From an archaeon (GTDB lineage Archaea; Aenigmatarchaeota; Aenigmatarchaeia; Aenigmatarchaeales; DATDXV01), in contig DATDXV010000008.1 of NCBI GenBank assembly GCA_035289205.1, positions 1 to 47,223 on the forward strand: a DNA stretch of 47,223 nt, written 5' to 3'. Position numbers and translations under genes: made by a program. Shown here in pieces: positions 14,346-23,803 of this stretch. The notes under the pieces are model-generated. The model was not told the origin of the DNA. It made no database searches and saw only the letters and a list, made by a program, of their open reading frames with translations. Each line of letters starts with the position of its first letter. The first letter of the stretch is position 1.

Positions 14346-14526
14346 TACTCGACTTTAAACCTCTCACTATCTTGCATTTCCCATATATCTTGGTCAGCTC
14401 TTTGATTATTTCTCTGTTTGCTTTGTTTTTTTCTGGAGGAGATTTTGTGTGTATTTCTAGAATATCATCAACTTTATTGATAGAGAACTTTGATTGGTTT
14501 GTTTTTACCTTGGCTTTGATCAGCAT
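14299..14526 (-). CDS. DUF167 (YggU-like) small protein
   Basis: ...LEIHTKSPPEKNKANREIIKELTKIYGKCKIVRGLKSSIKLLDV matches the DUF167 pattern (..eGkAN..li.fL......v.iv.G..s..K). The 3' end overlaps idi convergently, so the exact stop context is uncertain. Confidence 0.6.
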   Translation of the reverse strand: MLIKAKVKTNQSKFSINKVDDILEIHTKSPPEKNKANREIIKELTKIYGKCKIVRGLKSSIKLLDVSPKRHQEQA

Positions 14527-14530
14527 ACAA

Positions 14531-14977
14531 TCAGAGTTTCTTTTGCATTCTAGGATTCATTTCAATATCGGAACTCGGTTCCCATATTTCTTCAAAACCC
14601 ATGTCTTCAAGTTTTTGTCTCCAGTTAGAATTTTCAACTCTTGTTGTTCTTACGGTTTTTACGCCTTGTGACCTCATACAAGCGACAGCATTTTCAACAA
14701 GTTGGGTAGCAATACATCTACCTCTATATTTCGGTCTTACGGCTATGTCTACAAGTGTACCAAAAGAATCATCTATAGAATAAACCTGAACACCGATAGT
14801 TCTATTACTTTCAACTGCTACAGTCCAGTGCTGTTTAGGCTTCTTTGTATTTAAGGCTCTGAAATACCATGTTGGCGTTAAATCATGATTTATACCATCA
14901 TTTCTATACACAGCAGCAACTAAAGTTGCTACTCTTAGTTTGTCTGATGGTTCATGGCTTCTGTAAGTGACGACCAT
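14531..14977 (-). CDS. GNAT family N-acetyltransferase
   Basis: VDIAVRPKYRGRCIATQLVENAVACMRSQG (motif A, R/Q-x-x-G-x-G/A-like). Confidence 0.75.
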   Translation of the reverse strand: MVVTYRSHEPSDKLRVATLVAAVYRNDGINHDLTPTWYFRALNTKKPKQHWTVAVESNRTIGVQVYSIDDSFGTLVDIAVRPKYRGRCIATQLVENAVACMRSQGVKTVRTTRVENSNWRQKLEDMGFEEIWEPSSDIEMNPRMQKKL

Positions 14978-15079
14978 AAGCTATCTTGTCTGCGACCCCT
15001 TTTAAGGCTTGCCTTAGAATACGTCAAAAGGCGAACTGATAATATCCTATAAATAAGTTTGCTATGTAGTATTGGTATT

Positions 15080-16156
15080 ATGAAGCATAACATTGAGCAG
15101 ATTCTAAAGGAGAAGGCTCCATTGATAGATAAGGCCATAGAAAAATACATACCCAGGAAATTTGACAAGGACAAAATGGTATTTGTATGTGGTAAACCTA
15201 GGTACGAATACACAGTTGAAGCTGCAACCAAAATGGTCTCCGAGCCTATTTGGGATCTCTTGGATAGGGGAGGTAAAAGATGGAGGCCAACTCTGTTTCT
15301 TCTAATTGTAGAGGCACTTAAGGGAGATGCAAATAAGGTTTTCGACTTCGTTGCAATACCCGAAGTTGTCCACAACGGCACGCTTATTATAGATGACATA
15401 GAGGACAGGAGCGAAGAGAGAAGGGGAAAGCCCTGTACTTATAAGATATTTGGACTCGATGTTGCTGTAAATGCAGGCAATGCTGCCTACTATCTGCCAC
15501 TGCTGCCTCTAATAAAAAGAAGAAAAGAGTTCGGAGACAAAGCTATAGCGGACGTTTATGAAGTCTACATTCAAGAAATGATAAATATATCTTTCGGCCA
15601 GGGTACGGACATAGCATGGCACAATGCTCTCTGCAATGCTAATAACATAAGTGAAAATGAATATTTGCAGATGACTGCTTACAAGACTGGGACGCTTGCC
15701 AGGATGTCTGCAAAGATAGCAGCAATACTCTCCGGAGCTTCCAAAGAACAAGTTGAGGCAATAGGAAAGTTGGCAGAGACCATAGGCGTGGCTTTCCAGA
15801 TACAGGATGACATATTGAATCTTATAGGAGAAGAATTTGTAGCAAGAAAAGGTGGCGCAGGGGAAGATATAACAGAAGGAAAGAGAACTTTAATGGTTAT
15901 ACACACTCTTAGAGAATGCAATCCAAATGATGCGAAGAGACTTATAGAAATTCTGGACATGCACACATTGGATCAGAAGCTAAGAGATGAAGCAATTGCA
16001 ATAATGAAAAAACATGGTGCAATGGATTACGGAAAAGAATTCGCAAGAAAGATACTGAAAGAAGCATGGAAAGAGGTTGATGAAACCTTCCCACTGAGCG
16101 AAGCAAAGGAAAAGATAAAGGCCTTTGCAGATTATCTTGTTGAAAGAGATATATAA
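15080..16156 (+). CDS. polyprenyl (geranylgeranyl) diphosphate synthase
   Basis: FARM LIIDDIEDRSEERRGKP and SARM FQIQDDILNL. The track ORF starts at TTG 15059. The ATG at 15080 lies about 27 nt after TATAAATA (15047..15054). Confidence 0.85.
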   Translation: MKHNIEQILKEKAPLIDKAIEKYIPRKFDKDKMVFVCGKPRYEYTVEAATKMVSEPIWDLLDRGGKRWRPTLFLLIVEALKGDANKVFDFVAIPEVVHNGTLIIDDIEDRSEERRGKPCTYKIFGLDVAVNAGNAAYYLPLLPLIKRRKEFGDKAIADVYEVYIQEMINISFGQGTDIAWHNALCNANNISENEYLQMTAYKTGTLARMSAKIAAILSGASKEQVEAIGKLAETIGVAFQIQDDILNLIGEEFVARKGGAGEDITEGKRTLMVIHTLRECNPNDAKRLIEILDMHTLDQKLRDEAIAIMKKHGAMDYGKEFARKILKEAWKEVDETFPLSEAKEKIKAFADYLVERDI

Positions 16157-16177
16157 TACTCTAGACAATCTCCTTCT

Positions 16178-17260
16178 ATGATAACCGAAGGAAAGATCAA
16201 GATCAACCTTTATGGAAAAAAATCTGTGTTCTACAACCCCGAAGCCGAGCTTGTAAGAGACATAGATATTGCTGCTCTGCAGGTCTTTCAGGGAATGTTT
16301 GAAGGCAAACTGCATGTTTTTGACGCAATGGCAGCGAGCGGTGTAAGAGGCATACGCTATTCAAAGGAGGTTGCGGGCCTGGGGAGGATTACGCTCTGCG
16401 ACAAGAATCCCGTTGCTGTTGGGGTTATAAAGAAAAATATAAAACTGAACAAGGCAACAAAGTGCAGGGTTCTGAAGTCCGACGCATCCGTTCTTATGCG
16501 CAATGAAATCTTCAGCTTTATAGACATAGATCCCTTCGGTTCTCCTGCCACCCTTATGGACAGCGCAGCACGTTCCATCTATCACCAAGGAGCTCTCTCT
16601 GTCTCTGCAACAGATGCGGGAACCCTGGGGGGTATTTTTCCGGATGCAACATTCAGGAAATATGGCATCAGGGCATACAGGACAGAGTTCTACCCCGAAG
16701 TGTCTGTAAGGACACTAATCAGCTTCATAATGCTTACTATGTCCCGCTATGACAGAGCTTTCTTCCCCCTGATGAGCTTCATCACAAAGCACTATGTTTC
16801 TGTTTTCGGAAAGGTAGAGCATGCCGGGAAGCTTGAAGATCTCCTAAGCAGCTTTGGATATGTCATGTACTGTCAGAAATGCGGCAACAGGCAGCTTGGC
16901 AGGCCAGTCCAAAGATGCAATTGCTCAAATGATTTTGAGATATCGGGGCCTTTGTATCTTGGAGCTATAGAAAACAGGAAATTCTGTGAAGATTTATTGG
17001 AGGAGCTCTCTAAGAGAGATTTCACAAAAATCAGGGAAGAGAGAAGACTTGTTATGCTTCTAAGAGACGAAACAGAACTGCCCCCCTTCTATTATCATAT
17101 GCATGACTCTCCTGCGTTTTTCGGGAAGAAACTGCCTAGCTTTGAAGATCTCCTAGATGTATTGAAGGAAAGCGGTTTCAAGGCAGGAAGAACTCATTTT
17201 TCCCCTTTGGGAATAAAGACAAATGCAACAGTAGAACAGATAGTTCGTATATTGGGATAA
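16178..17260 (+). CDS. trm1: tRNA (guanine26-N2)-dimethyltransferase Trm1
   Basis: FYNP..E..RDI, DAMAASGVRGIRY, IDIDPFGSP, and a C-terminal Cys cluster CQKCGN...C.C. Confidence 0.85.
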   Translation: MITEGKIKINLYGKKSVFYNPEAELVRDIDIAALQVFQGMFEGKLHVFDAMAASGVRGIRYSKEVAGLGRITLCDKNPVAVGVIKKNIKLNKATKCRVLKSDASVLMRNEIFSFIDIDPFGSPATLMDSAARSIYHQGALSVSATDAGTLGGIFPDATFRKYGIRAYRTEFYPEVSVRTLISFIMLTMSRYDRAFFPLMSFITKHYVSVFGKVEHAGKLEDLLSSFGYVMYCQKCGNRQLGRPVQRCNCSNDFEISGPLYLGAIENRKFCEDLLEELSKRDFTKIREERRLVMLLRDETELPPFYYHMHDSPAFFGKKLPSFEDLLDVLKESGFKAGRTHFSPLGIKTNATVEQIVRILG

Positions 17261-17265
17261 GATTT

Positions 17266-17484
17266 TCACTTGGCCTTTAGTTTCAGCAATCTCGTCTGCA
17301 CTCTGTTGTAAATAGGGCACTTCCCTACTTGGATCCAGAAGCAGCGGTTTCCCAAACAATCGTTCGTTCCCTCATAGTAATAGCATGTCTTGACCGTGTC
17401 CACTTTTCTGATAACAGTTGGTCTGAGTGGATATAATTTCCTGAATATCGGTTGCACGGGTTTCAGCATCTTTAGCGGCTTCAT
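17266..17484 (-). CDS. small Cys-rich hypothetical protein (72 aa)
   Basis: The ORF contains CYYYEGTNDCLGNRCFWIQVGKC. No family recognised. Confidence 0.4.
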   Translation of the reverse strand: MKPLKMLKPVQPIFRKLYPLRPTVIRKVDTVKTCYYYEGTNDCLGNRCFWIQVGKCPIYNRVQTRLLKLKAK

Positions 17485-17551
17485 CTAATCACTTGTAAGT
17501 AATAATCTTACTAGTCTAACCCTATTTAAAGTTTATTACTGTATGATAAAT

Positions 17552-17863
17552 CTAAAAGTGATAGCAATACTTCTCCATTTCTATCCTGGAATTGTGTATT
17601 TCTATACCATCCTTTCTGAGCCTTCTGATCTTCTCCCTCTCCCCCTTTGCATACCCTCCGATCCTTCCGCAATGCCCCACAACTTTATAGCAGGGATACT
17701 TGTTTGGATAGGGATTTTGATGAAGAAGAACACCAACAGCTCTTGGATGCATTTTGAGTTTCTTAGCAACGATCTTATATGATGTTATCTTCCCTCTTGG
17801 TATACTTGCCAGAAGCTTCTGCAGCTGTTTCATCTTATTGTTTTTCATGTTTCTCCCTTGCAA
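17552..17863 (-). CDS. MGMT-family DNA-binding domain protein (Ogt C-terminal domain only)
   Basis: IPRGKITSYKIVAKKL..PRAVG..L..NPYPNKYPCYKVVGHCGRIGGYA. The active-site region reads PCYKV instead of PCHRV. The likely real start is the ATG at 17833, 1 nt after the ksgA stop. Confidence 0.6.
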   Translation of the reverse strand: MQGRNMKNNKMKQLQKLLASIPRGKITSYKIVAKKLKMHPRAVGVLLHQNPYPNKYPCYKVVGHCGRIGGYAKGEREKIRRLRKDGIEIHNSRIEMEKYCYHF

Positions 17864-18566
17864 TATCTACTATGGTTTTGAAATCATAAATATCGCACTG
17901 GAAGACCCTTTTCTTGTCAAATCTCTCCGGCAATTCTATCTTTATCCTAGAATCCTTCAGGGCGGCCCTTAAGGTCTTCTTCTTGTGCTGGAACAGAGAG
18001 CTTATAATTCTCCAAAAGAATTCGTCTGTTTCAAACTCAGGTTTCTTCCTCTCGAGTTTCACAAGTGCACATGAAACCTTTGGTTTCGGAGAGAACAGAG
18101 AGGGCGGAAGCGTTTTCAGATAGGTTGGCTTCGCATGGTAGTTGATTGCCACAGTCAATCTGGAATAATCCCTGTTCCCAGCCTTCTGGAAGAACCTGTC
18201 AGCAAATTCCTTCTGATATATCAGGATAGCAGACTCCCAAGAGCTCTCAAACAGCTTGAATGTCAGCGGGCTTGAGATATGGAACGGTATGTTTGCAATC
18301 ATCTTGTTGAATTCGGGCCATTCCACCTTCAGGGCGTCTCCAGTGATTATCTGAACATTGTCCATGCTTAGTTCTGAGGCAAGCTTCCTGTCCGCCTCAA
18401 TTGCATAAACCTTCCCTGCATTCTTTGCAATCTTCTCTGTGATTATCCCCCTGCCGGGCCCTATTTCTAAGACCACATCTTCCATGCTTAGCTCTGCAGC
18501 AGAAACCATATCTTCTACAACTTTCTTGCTCTTAAGAAAGACCTGCGAGTTCTTCATCCTTACCAT
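17835..18566 (-). CDS. rsmA: 16S rRNA (adenine-N6,N6)-dimethyltransferase KsgA/Dim1
   Basis: QVFL.....V..MV..A.L...DVVLEIGPGRGIITEKI, NIPFHISSP. Confidence 0.9.
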   Translation of the reverse strand: MVRMKNSQVFLKSKKVVEDMVSAAELSMEDVVLEIGPGRGIITEKIAKNAGKVYAIEADRKLASELSMDNVQIITGDALKVEWPEFNKMIANIPFHISSPLTFKLFESSWESAILIYQKEFADRFFQKAGNRDYSRLTVAINYHAKPTYLKTLPPSLFSPKPKVSCALVKLERKKPEFETDEFFWRIISSLFQHKKKTLRAALKDSRIKIELPERFDKKRVFQCDIYDFKTIVDIAREKHEKQ

Positions 18567-19117
18567 TGCTTCATAGGCGGAGACATCAGGAACAACCTAT
18601 GCCTGTCCCTCTCCTCCAGTTCATCAAGCACCCTTTGGATCACAGCTTTTTTCATGTCAGGAAGGAACTTTACCCTTGTCTGCAGGTCTGCAAATGTTTT
18701 GAACTTCTCCTTCTTCCTCTCTTCAATTATGCTCCACAGGTGCTTCTTTCCTATTCCATGCATCATTTCCAGCTGGTGCAGCCTTGTTGAGATCGGCCTG
18801 GCGTTGTTGAAGAAATCCACGAATCTCTGCTCGTCCCCGTTTACAATCTTCTCAACCAGAAATGGCAGCTCGCTTCTGGCGAATGGCGTGAGGTCATTGG
18901 TAGCTATTCTTCTTTTGATATGATCAACCTTGTCCCTCTTATCATCTCCGATGTAAACCCTTTCTCCATTGGCTACAGTCGACTCCTTCTTCACAATAAT
19001 CTCTAGCAGTGAGAAATACTTGTCCCCAAGGACCTGCGCAATGGGCTCCGGCCTTCCTATGGCATGGCCTCTTGGAAGGAAATCTAATACTATGGCATAA
19101 TCGTCTTTGGGAAGCAT
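18560..19117 (-). CDS. DUF655 family protein (predicted RNA-binding, HhH)
   Basis: DDYAIVLDFLPRGH......PIAQVLGDKYFSLLE... and MHGIGKKHLWSIIEER. It sits between rpo4 and ksgA. Confidence 0.75.
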   Translation of the reverse strand: MLPKDDYAIVLDFLPRGHAIGRPEPIAQVLGDKYFSLLEIIVKKESTVANGERVYIGDDKRDKVDHIKRRIATNDLTPFARSELPFLVEKIVNGDEQRFVDFFNNARPISTRLHQLEMMHGIGKKHLWSIIEERKKEKFKTFADLQTRVKFLPDMKKAVIQRVLDELEERDRHRLFLMSPPMKQW

Positions 19118-19128
19118 ATGGATCCTCC

Positions 19129-19464
19129 TTAGCTGTACTTCTTAGTAAGCGCTATTATTTTTTCTATTTCCTCTTCCTTGAGGGAAAATCGCTCCCCGGT
19201 GAAAATAAGTCTTATTTCGTCAGGAGTCTTCGGCAGGAGATTGACTATCTGCACTGCGGTTTCAGGGGACATTCTGATGATAGAAAACAGCTCCTCTATA
19301 AACTTCTTTGCGTCTGATTCGCTGAGTTTGGTAAATCTTTTCAAATGCTCCAATGCCAGCTTCTGCTCGTATATGAGCTCGCCTTTCTTCTCTCTTTCTG
19401 ACATTATCTCTTTGGCTTCTGCCATCGAAACTGGTGTGGAATCTAGAACTTTCATGACTATCAA
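19129..19464 (-). CDS. rpo4: DNA-directed RNA polymerase subunit Rpo4 (RpoF)
   Basis: 111 aa. ...VSMAEAKEIMSEREKKGELIYEQKLALEHLKRF.... Context with DUF655/ksgA. Confidence 0.8.
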   Translation of the reverse strand: MIVMKVLDSTPVSMAEAKEIMSEREKKGELIYEQKLALEHLKRFTKLSESDAKKFIEELFSIIRMSPETAVQIVNLLPKTPDEIRLIFTGERFSLKEEEIEKIIALTKKYS

Positions 19465-19487
19465 TTCGCTTCCGCGGTTTTTAAAGC

Positions 19488-19772
19488 CTATCTATTAAGA
19501 TGCTTCTTTCCCACGGTTTTTCCGCGCTGGACTATCTTGTGGAATCTTGCGCAGCTTGGGCACACATATAATTTATGGCTCAGCATGTGCATCTGCGATC
19601 TGTCAACCTGCTGAAGAATCACAGGGTCAGTTATCCTGAACCCCTTGTATTTTATGAATGTCTTGTATCTTGGGACCTGCCTTCCGCAGTATCCGCATGT
19701 TACTGTGGTCTCATGCCCCCTTGTTTTTGTATGTGAATACTTCCTTGTATATGGCGCTTGAGAAACCGGCAT
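19488..19772 (-). CDS. rps26e: 30S ribosomal protein eS26
   Basis: GHETTVTCGYCGRQVPRYK...LYVCPSCARFHKIVQRG parallels eukaryotic S26 GHVQPIRCTNCARCVPKDK...HYCVSCAIHSKVVRNR. Confidence 0.75.
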   Translation of the reverse strand: MPVSQAPYTRKYSHTKTRGHETTVTCGYCGRQVPRYKTFIKYKGFRITDPVILQQVDRSQMHMLSHKLYVCPSCARFHKIVQRGKTVGKKHLNR

Positions 19773-19894
19773 ACTTATCAGTTAAGCAATTGCTGCTAAT
19801 CCTATTTAAACATGTTGGTAATCGCTTCTGAGATCTTAATGGTGACAATTGTCTAGAAACAACTTCACTTCTTTCTCTTGATTTTGATGCCCTT

Positions 19895-19973
19895 GATCTC
19901 AGTCTTTCTCAGTACTTCAAATCCAGCTTTCATTTCATCCATGTTTTCGTCTAACCAACCAATCATCATGATC
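19895..19973 (-). ncRNA. candidate C/D-box-like sRNA, or alternatively a 34-aa ORF (19865..19969)
   Basis: Sense GAUC-AUGAUGA-UUGGUUGGUUAG-ACGA...CUGA-GAAAGA-CUGA-GAUC. A C box and D box are flanked by a self-complementary GAUC/GAUC stem. The internal C'/D' boxes are poor and the length is above typical. The same ATGATG could start MMIGWLDENMDEMKAGFEVLRKTEIKGIKIKRKK. Confidence 0.2.
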
Positions 19974-20481
19974 ACGAATACTTGAGAAGCGACTGCAGCT
20001 TCTCCATTGAGGAATAGATATTGTTCAGGTTCACGCCTATTATCGGAACCTGGAAGTTCTTCTTCTTCATCTGCTCTTCAAGCTCTTCTATAAAAATCCC
20101 TTTTCCTGGTACAGCCCTGGTACCAGTATCAACCTGATAGACAGCAGAAGTAGGATCCATCTCAACGCCAAGAACGCCGACAATGCGGTAGTCACGGGTC
20201 ATGTATTTTTCGATCTGTTTTAGGATTTGAAGAGAAAGAGAGCGACAATGAACCCGATAACCCTTTGTCTTGTCCCACGATTCCTTTGGTTTGAACTTCC
20301 ATTCGGGAGAGCCGTTGAACTCGAATTCAGGGGATGGCATCTGAACGATCCCAACACCGGCTTCCGCAAGGAGCTCCACTATCTCTTTTACAACTCCAGG
20401 AAACTTCGCCTTGCCAATTGACATTGCATTCTGGTTCAGCAAGGCGTGTGAAACGAATATGATCTTTTTACTTCTTTCCAT
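19972..20481 (-). CDS. hypothetical conserved protein (169 aa from MERSKK)
   Basis: The track ORF begins at TTG 20583 and reads through TATA-rich sequence (TTTATATAC, ATATATAAATTATAC). The ATG at 20481 gives MERSKKIIFVSHALLNQNA.... Confidence 0.55.
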   Translation of the reverse strand: MERSKKIIFVSHALLNQNAMSIGKAKFPGVVKEIVELLAEAGVGIVQMPSPEFEFNGSPEWKFKPKESWDKTKGYRVHCRSLSLQILKQIEKYMTRDYRIVGVLGVEMDPTSAVYQVDTGTRAVPGKGIFIEELEEQMKKKNFQVPIIGVNLNNIYSSMEKLQSLLKYS

Positions 20482-20716
20482 AAACAACACGAGGGGTGAA
20501 GGGTAGTTGTATAATTTATATATCGTAGGATGTATATAAAGTTTACCCGTTCCTAGTGGTAAAGTGTATATGCCATACGTCAAAGGACGTACGGAAGGTT
20601 TTTATAGCTTCAAGCCAATATGGGCTGTTTATTAATTCCGGGGATAAAAAGTACTAAAGTAGAAAGACTTTTAAAGGGTAGACCTGTAAGACTTACTACC
20701 TTGAAGGTGTAGAAAA

Positions 20717-21751
20717 TTGTTGAGTTTTGTTGAATCGAATGGAGATAGTTTAGGTCCAATGGGATTTGGAAAGAAAGACATAAAGAAGATAGCCGAAGCT
20801 CCTTTTGAAGAATTGTCTGAAAGGCTCTTGGATAGAACATTTGCAGATTCGAATCAGAATGGAGAATATTTCAGAAGGGAGGATTCTTCTTTGAGGACTA
20901 GCAGGCAAGAAAGAAGTGATCCTGCTAAAGTGCCCCATTTGTTGGCAAATTTGCATTCTTACTGGGGAGATGAATTTGTAGATCTGATAAAGGCAATGGG
21001 AGGAAGCTTAGAGATATTCTCATTCGATTTTAGGAATGATATTGCTGCTGGAAATTTTCCCATGGATGTCTTGGAGAGGACAAATCTTGATGTCAAGAAG
21101 AACTTTAATCATGCTTTGGATGCTCACATAAGGAATGCCATATATTTTGCCCAGATATCGGAAGATTACGACATACTCTGTGACTTGCCAGCAGATTCAC
21201 CGTTGATTCCATTTGACAATAAAGAACTGATAAACGACTATCGTGCTATTGGTCAAAGAAGGCTGCAGGCCTTCCAGGAAGCAATCAAAAGAAACGGAGG
21301 CAAGGAATCTCCGAAAGACAACACAGTAATAGAACTTTTCTTAAGAGTTTTCAAGAAAGACGGAGTACCATACGCTCTAAAAAGTGCTTCAAAATTAACA
21401 AACAGCGGCATTGTAGTTAGGAATTATGATGAAGGCGAGAAACTGATTTACATAGAAAACCGCCCTTCACCAGAAGAGCCGGGTTTCTTGGATTTTGAAG
21501 GAAAGAAACAAAAAAGGATAGCTACAGACACAGCAACAGTGGGGACAATAAGAAGAACATACTACAGAGACGAAAGGACCACAACAGAAGTTCCGCAAAG
21601 GCACGCTGAATTCTCAGCTTATCTTATAACAGGATGGCGTTCTTTGAACCAGTATGTCTCTAATCATTTTAGAACCATAAGAGAGGCCAACGCTCCTTTA
21701 ACAAAGGAAAAAATTGATGAAGAATTAGGGAAATATTCTACTGCTGCTTGA
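20717..21751 (+). CDS. hypothetical protein (344 aa; start may be the ATG at 20759)
   Basis: Long ORF. TTTTAAAG at about 20669..20676 lies upstream. No family recognised. Confidence 0.55.
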   Translation: MLSFVESNGDSLGPMGFGKKDIKKIAEAPFEELSERLLDRTFADSNQNGEYFRREDSSLRTSRQERSDPAKVPHLLANLHSYWGDEFVDLIKAMGGSLEIFSFDFRNDIAAGNFPMDVLERTNLDVKKNFNHALDAHIRNAIYFAQISEDYDILCDLPADSPLIPFDNKELINDYRAIGQRRLQAFQEAIKRNGGKESPKDNTVIELFLRVFKKDGVPYALKSASKLTNSGIVVRNYDEGEKLIYIENRPSPEEPGFLDFEGKKQKRIATDTATVGTIRRTYYRDERTTTEVPQRHAEFSAYLITGWRSLNQYVSNHFRTIREANAPLTKEKIDEELGKYSTAA

Positions 21752-22565
21752 CTTTGTTCCACCAGAATTCGAAATTCTCTTTCAGAGGCCTTACGAGAAC
21801 AGGATTGTCTATAACAAGGAGCTCGTATTTGTAGGAGCTTTCATTCCCAGGAACTCCGGTTTCTGCACCCTTTCCAGAAATAGGGTTCTTCCTCACGATC
21901 GCAGCCGTTTTGTCATCAACAATATGGGCCCTGAGATCGCCTTCGTATCCTACCTTGACCTCAGCCCCGCACTTCTGCGCTTCTTTTATGTTTTTTATGA
22001 TCTGCTGGTTTTTCCCAGGACCCTTCACCAGAATCCTGCATCTTATGCCTCTTTTTGTAAGGCTTTTTATCACATTCTTTGCGTCATCAAGCCATGAAAG
22101 GTCCCCTGAAAATATAAGTATTTCTTTCTTAGCGCTAGATTTTATGTCATCAAACATCTTGTTTATCGCGCTCTTCCTTTCTATGGACCATATTTCCATG
22201 GTGTCTTCCGCAATAACCACACTTGTTTCTGTGGATGCGATTTCCTCTATTATGCCCTTTGCCTTGTCTCTGATCTCCTGAAGCTGGTTGTTTTTCAGGC
22301 TCTCCTGGTATTCTATGAAGTTTCCTATTGCCCTCTTTGCTTCGATAGGTTTGAATTTCTTTGGTCTGCTCTTGCCCACAAGAACAAGACCCTTCTTCCT
22401 CAATTCCATGATTGTGTCATAAACTCTAGGAAGAGGAATTCCACCTAATCTCGAAACCTTTTCAGCTGTAAGAACACCGTATTTGATCAAAGTCATGTAG
22501 GCCTTCGCTTCGTACTCTGTTAGACCTATTGACTTCAATAACATTTCTGTTTTTTGTTCAGTCAT
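21738..22565 (-). CDS. TrmB family transcriptional regulator
   Basis: LLKSIGLTEYEAKAYMTLIKYGVLTAEKVSRLGGIPLPRVYDTIMELRKKGLV (TrmB wHTH) plus a C-terminal PLD-like sensor-type domain. Confidence 0.8.
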   Translation of the reverse strand: MTEQKTEMLLKSIGLTEYEAKAYMTLIKYGVLTAEKVSRLGGIPLPRVYDTIMELRKKGLVLVGKSRPKKFKPIEAKRAIGNFIEYQESLKNNQLQEIRDKAKGIIEEIASTETSVVIAEDTMEIWSIERKSAINKMFDDIKSSAKKEILIFSGDLSWLDDAKNVIKSLTKRGIRCRILVKGPGKNQQIIKNIKEAQKCGAEVKVGYEGDLRAHIVDDKTAAIVRKNPISGKGAETGVPGNESSYKYELLVIDNPVLVRPLKENFEFWWNKVKQQ

Positions 22566-22678
22566 TTTTAACCCATTAATAATTTAACTCTCCTGTCCGG
22601 AAAACAATCAGAGTTTGTTGGCGGAGTATTTAAGCATTTAGGTATCAGAGCTCTAGATCAATTTTTATTGTTTAAAAA

Positions 22679-23803
22679 GTGTGGCTTCAAAATACCTTTA
22701 TGGATGAAGCTACGCCAACTATAGCTACCAGCATTAGGGAAGCTAAGGAATATCTAGATGGGATCGAAGGCAATGTCGCTGTCATATCGCACAGAGACCC
22801 TGATGGCCTCTCTTCTATGCGGATTGCAGATTCTATGCTAAGCCATAGGAATAACAGGCCAAAAATCTGCAAGGCAGTGGATTATGGGGAATTGGATGAT
22901 GTATATAGAGAGCTCTTAGGCGTTGCAGAGAAGGAGAAGATAGATTATTTTGTATTCCTGGATCTCAATATATACGACCAATTCTTCATGGGTCCTGACT
23001 ACCCTCTACTGCGTTTGCAGGAAACTTCTGACATTGTCATAATAGATCATCATACAAGACCGGCAATAGTCAGTCCTGAGGATCTTGGAGCCTTCATTAT
23101 AAATCCCTTTTTCTTTAAGGACAATGCTATAGTCGCTGGCAAATATCCGGCTTCTATGACAACATACAACATAGCCTTGGAATGCGATGGAAAGTTCAAA
23201 GATGAACTAGACTGGATTGCTGCTGTTGGCCTTGCTGGAGATGTTGGATTGACAAAAGCAAGTGAATCTGGCTGGGAGTCATTTGTAAAGGGCCTGAGAT
23301 ATCCCCTTTCTGAGATTGAGCTGATTGCACAGACAATAAAATTGACCCGAAACTACCCTCTTGCACAAGAAAGCATTATGACAGCAAGGAAGCCCCATGA
23401 TATTCTGAAGAATGATGTTCTGCGAAAGGCAAAGGAGGAGGCAGAGGACAAAATAATGAAAGTTGTTTCTGAGTTCGAAAAGGCTGAGAAGGTAGAGCCA
23501 GGTTTGAGAATATATCATTCTGGCGATATAGACTCCATGGCTGTCGCAGATGCTCTTTGGTCAGCTCACCCGGAGAAGACACTTCTTGTGTATTCCAATG
23601 AAGGACAAAGGCATAGATGGAGCGTCAGAAGCGGTGAAATAGACGCCGGACAGTGGATTACAAACAGCTTTGGCAAGCTAGCTTTCAGCGCGGGAGGACA
23701 CGGCCCCGCGGGTGGGGCTTCAACAAAGAAGGAAAACGAGAAACCATGCATTGAAAGTGCAACAAACCTCTACAGGATAATGATAGAGCAGTCGAAGAAA
23801 TAG
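22679..23803 (+). CDS. DHH/DHHA1 family phosphoesterase (RecJ-like)
   Basis: VAVISHRDPDGLSS, VIIDHH, GGHGPAGGA. The likely start is the ATG at 22700 (MDEATPT). Confidence 0.75.
   Translation: MWLQNTFMDEATPTIATSIREAKEYLDGIEGNVAVISHRDPDGLSSMRIADSMLSHRNNRPKICKAVDYGELDDVYRELLGVAEKEKIDYFVFLDLNIYDQFFMGPDYPLLRLQETSDIVIIDHHTRPAIVSPEDLGAFIINPFFFKDNAIVAGKYPASMTTYNIALECDGKFKDELDWIAAVGLAGDVGLTKASESGWESFVKGLRYPLSEIELIAQTIKLTRNYPLAQESIMTARKPHDILKNDVLRKAKEEAEDKIMKVVSEFEKAEKVEPGLRIYHSGDIDSMAVADALWSAHPEKTLLVYSNEGQRHRWSVRSGEIDAGQWITNSFGKLAFSAGGHGPAGGASTKKENEKPCIESATNLYRIMIEQSKK

Noticed and set aside
20576-20603. Hairpin TACGTC-AAAG-GACGTA followed by a T5 run in the divergent intergenic region
   Set aside because: It could be a tiny transcript or a bidirectional terminator. 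It is short and palindromic (same on both strands), and nothing else supports an RNA gene.
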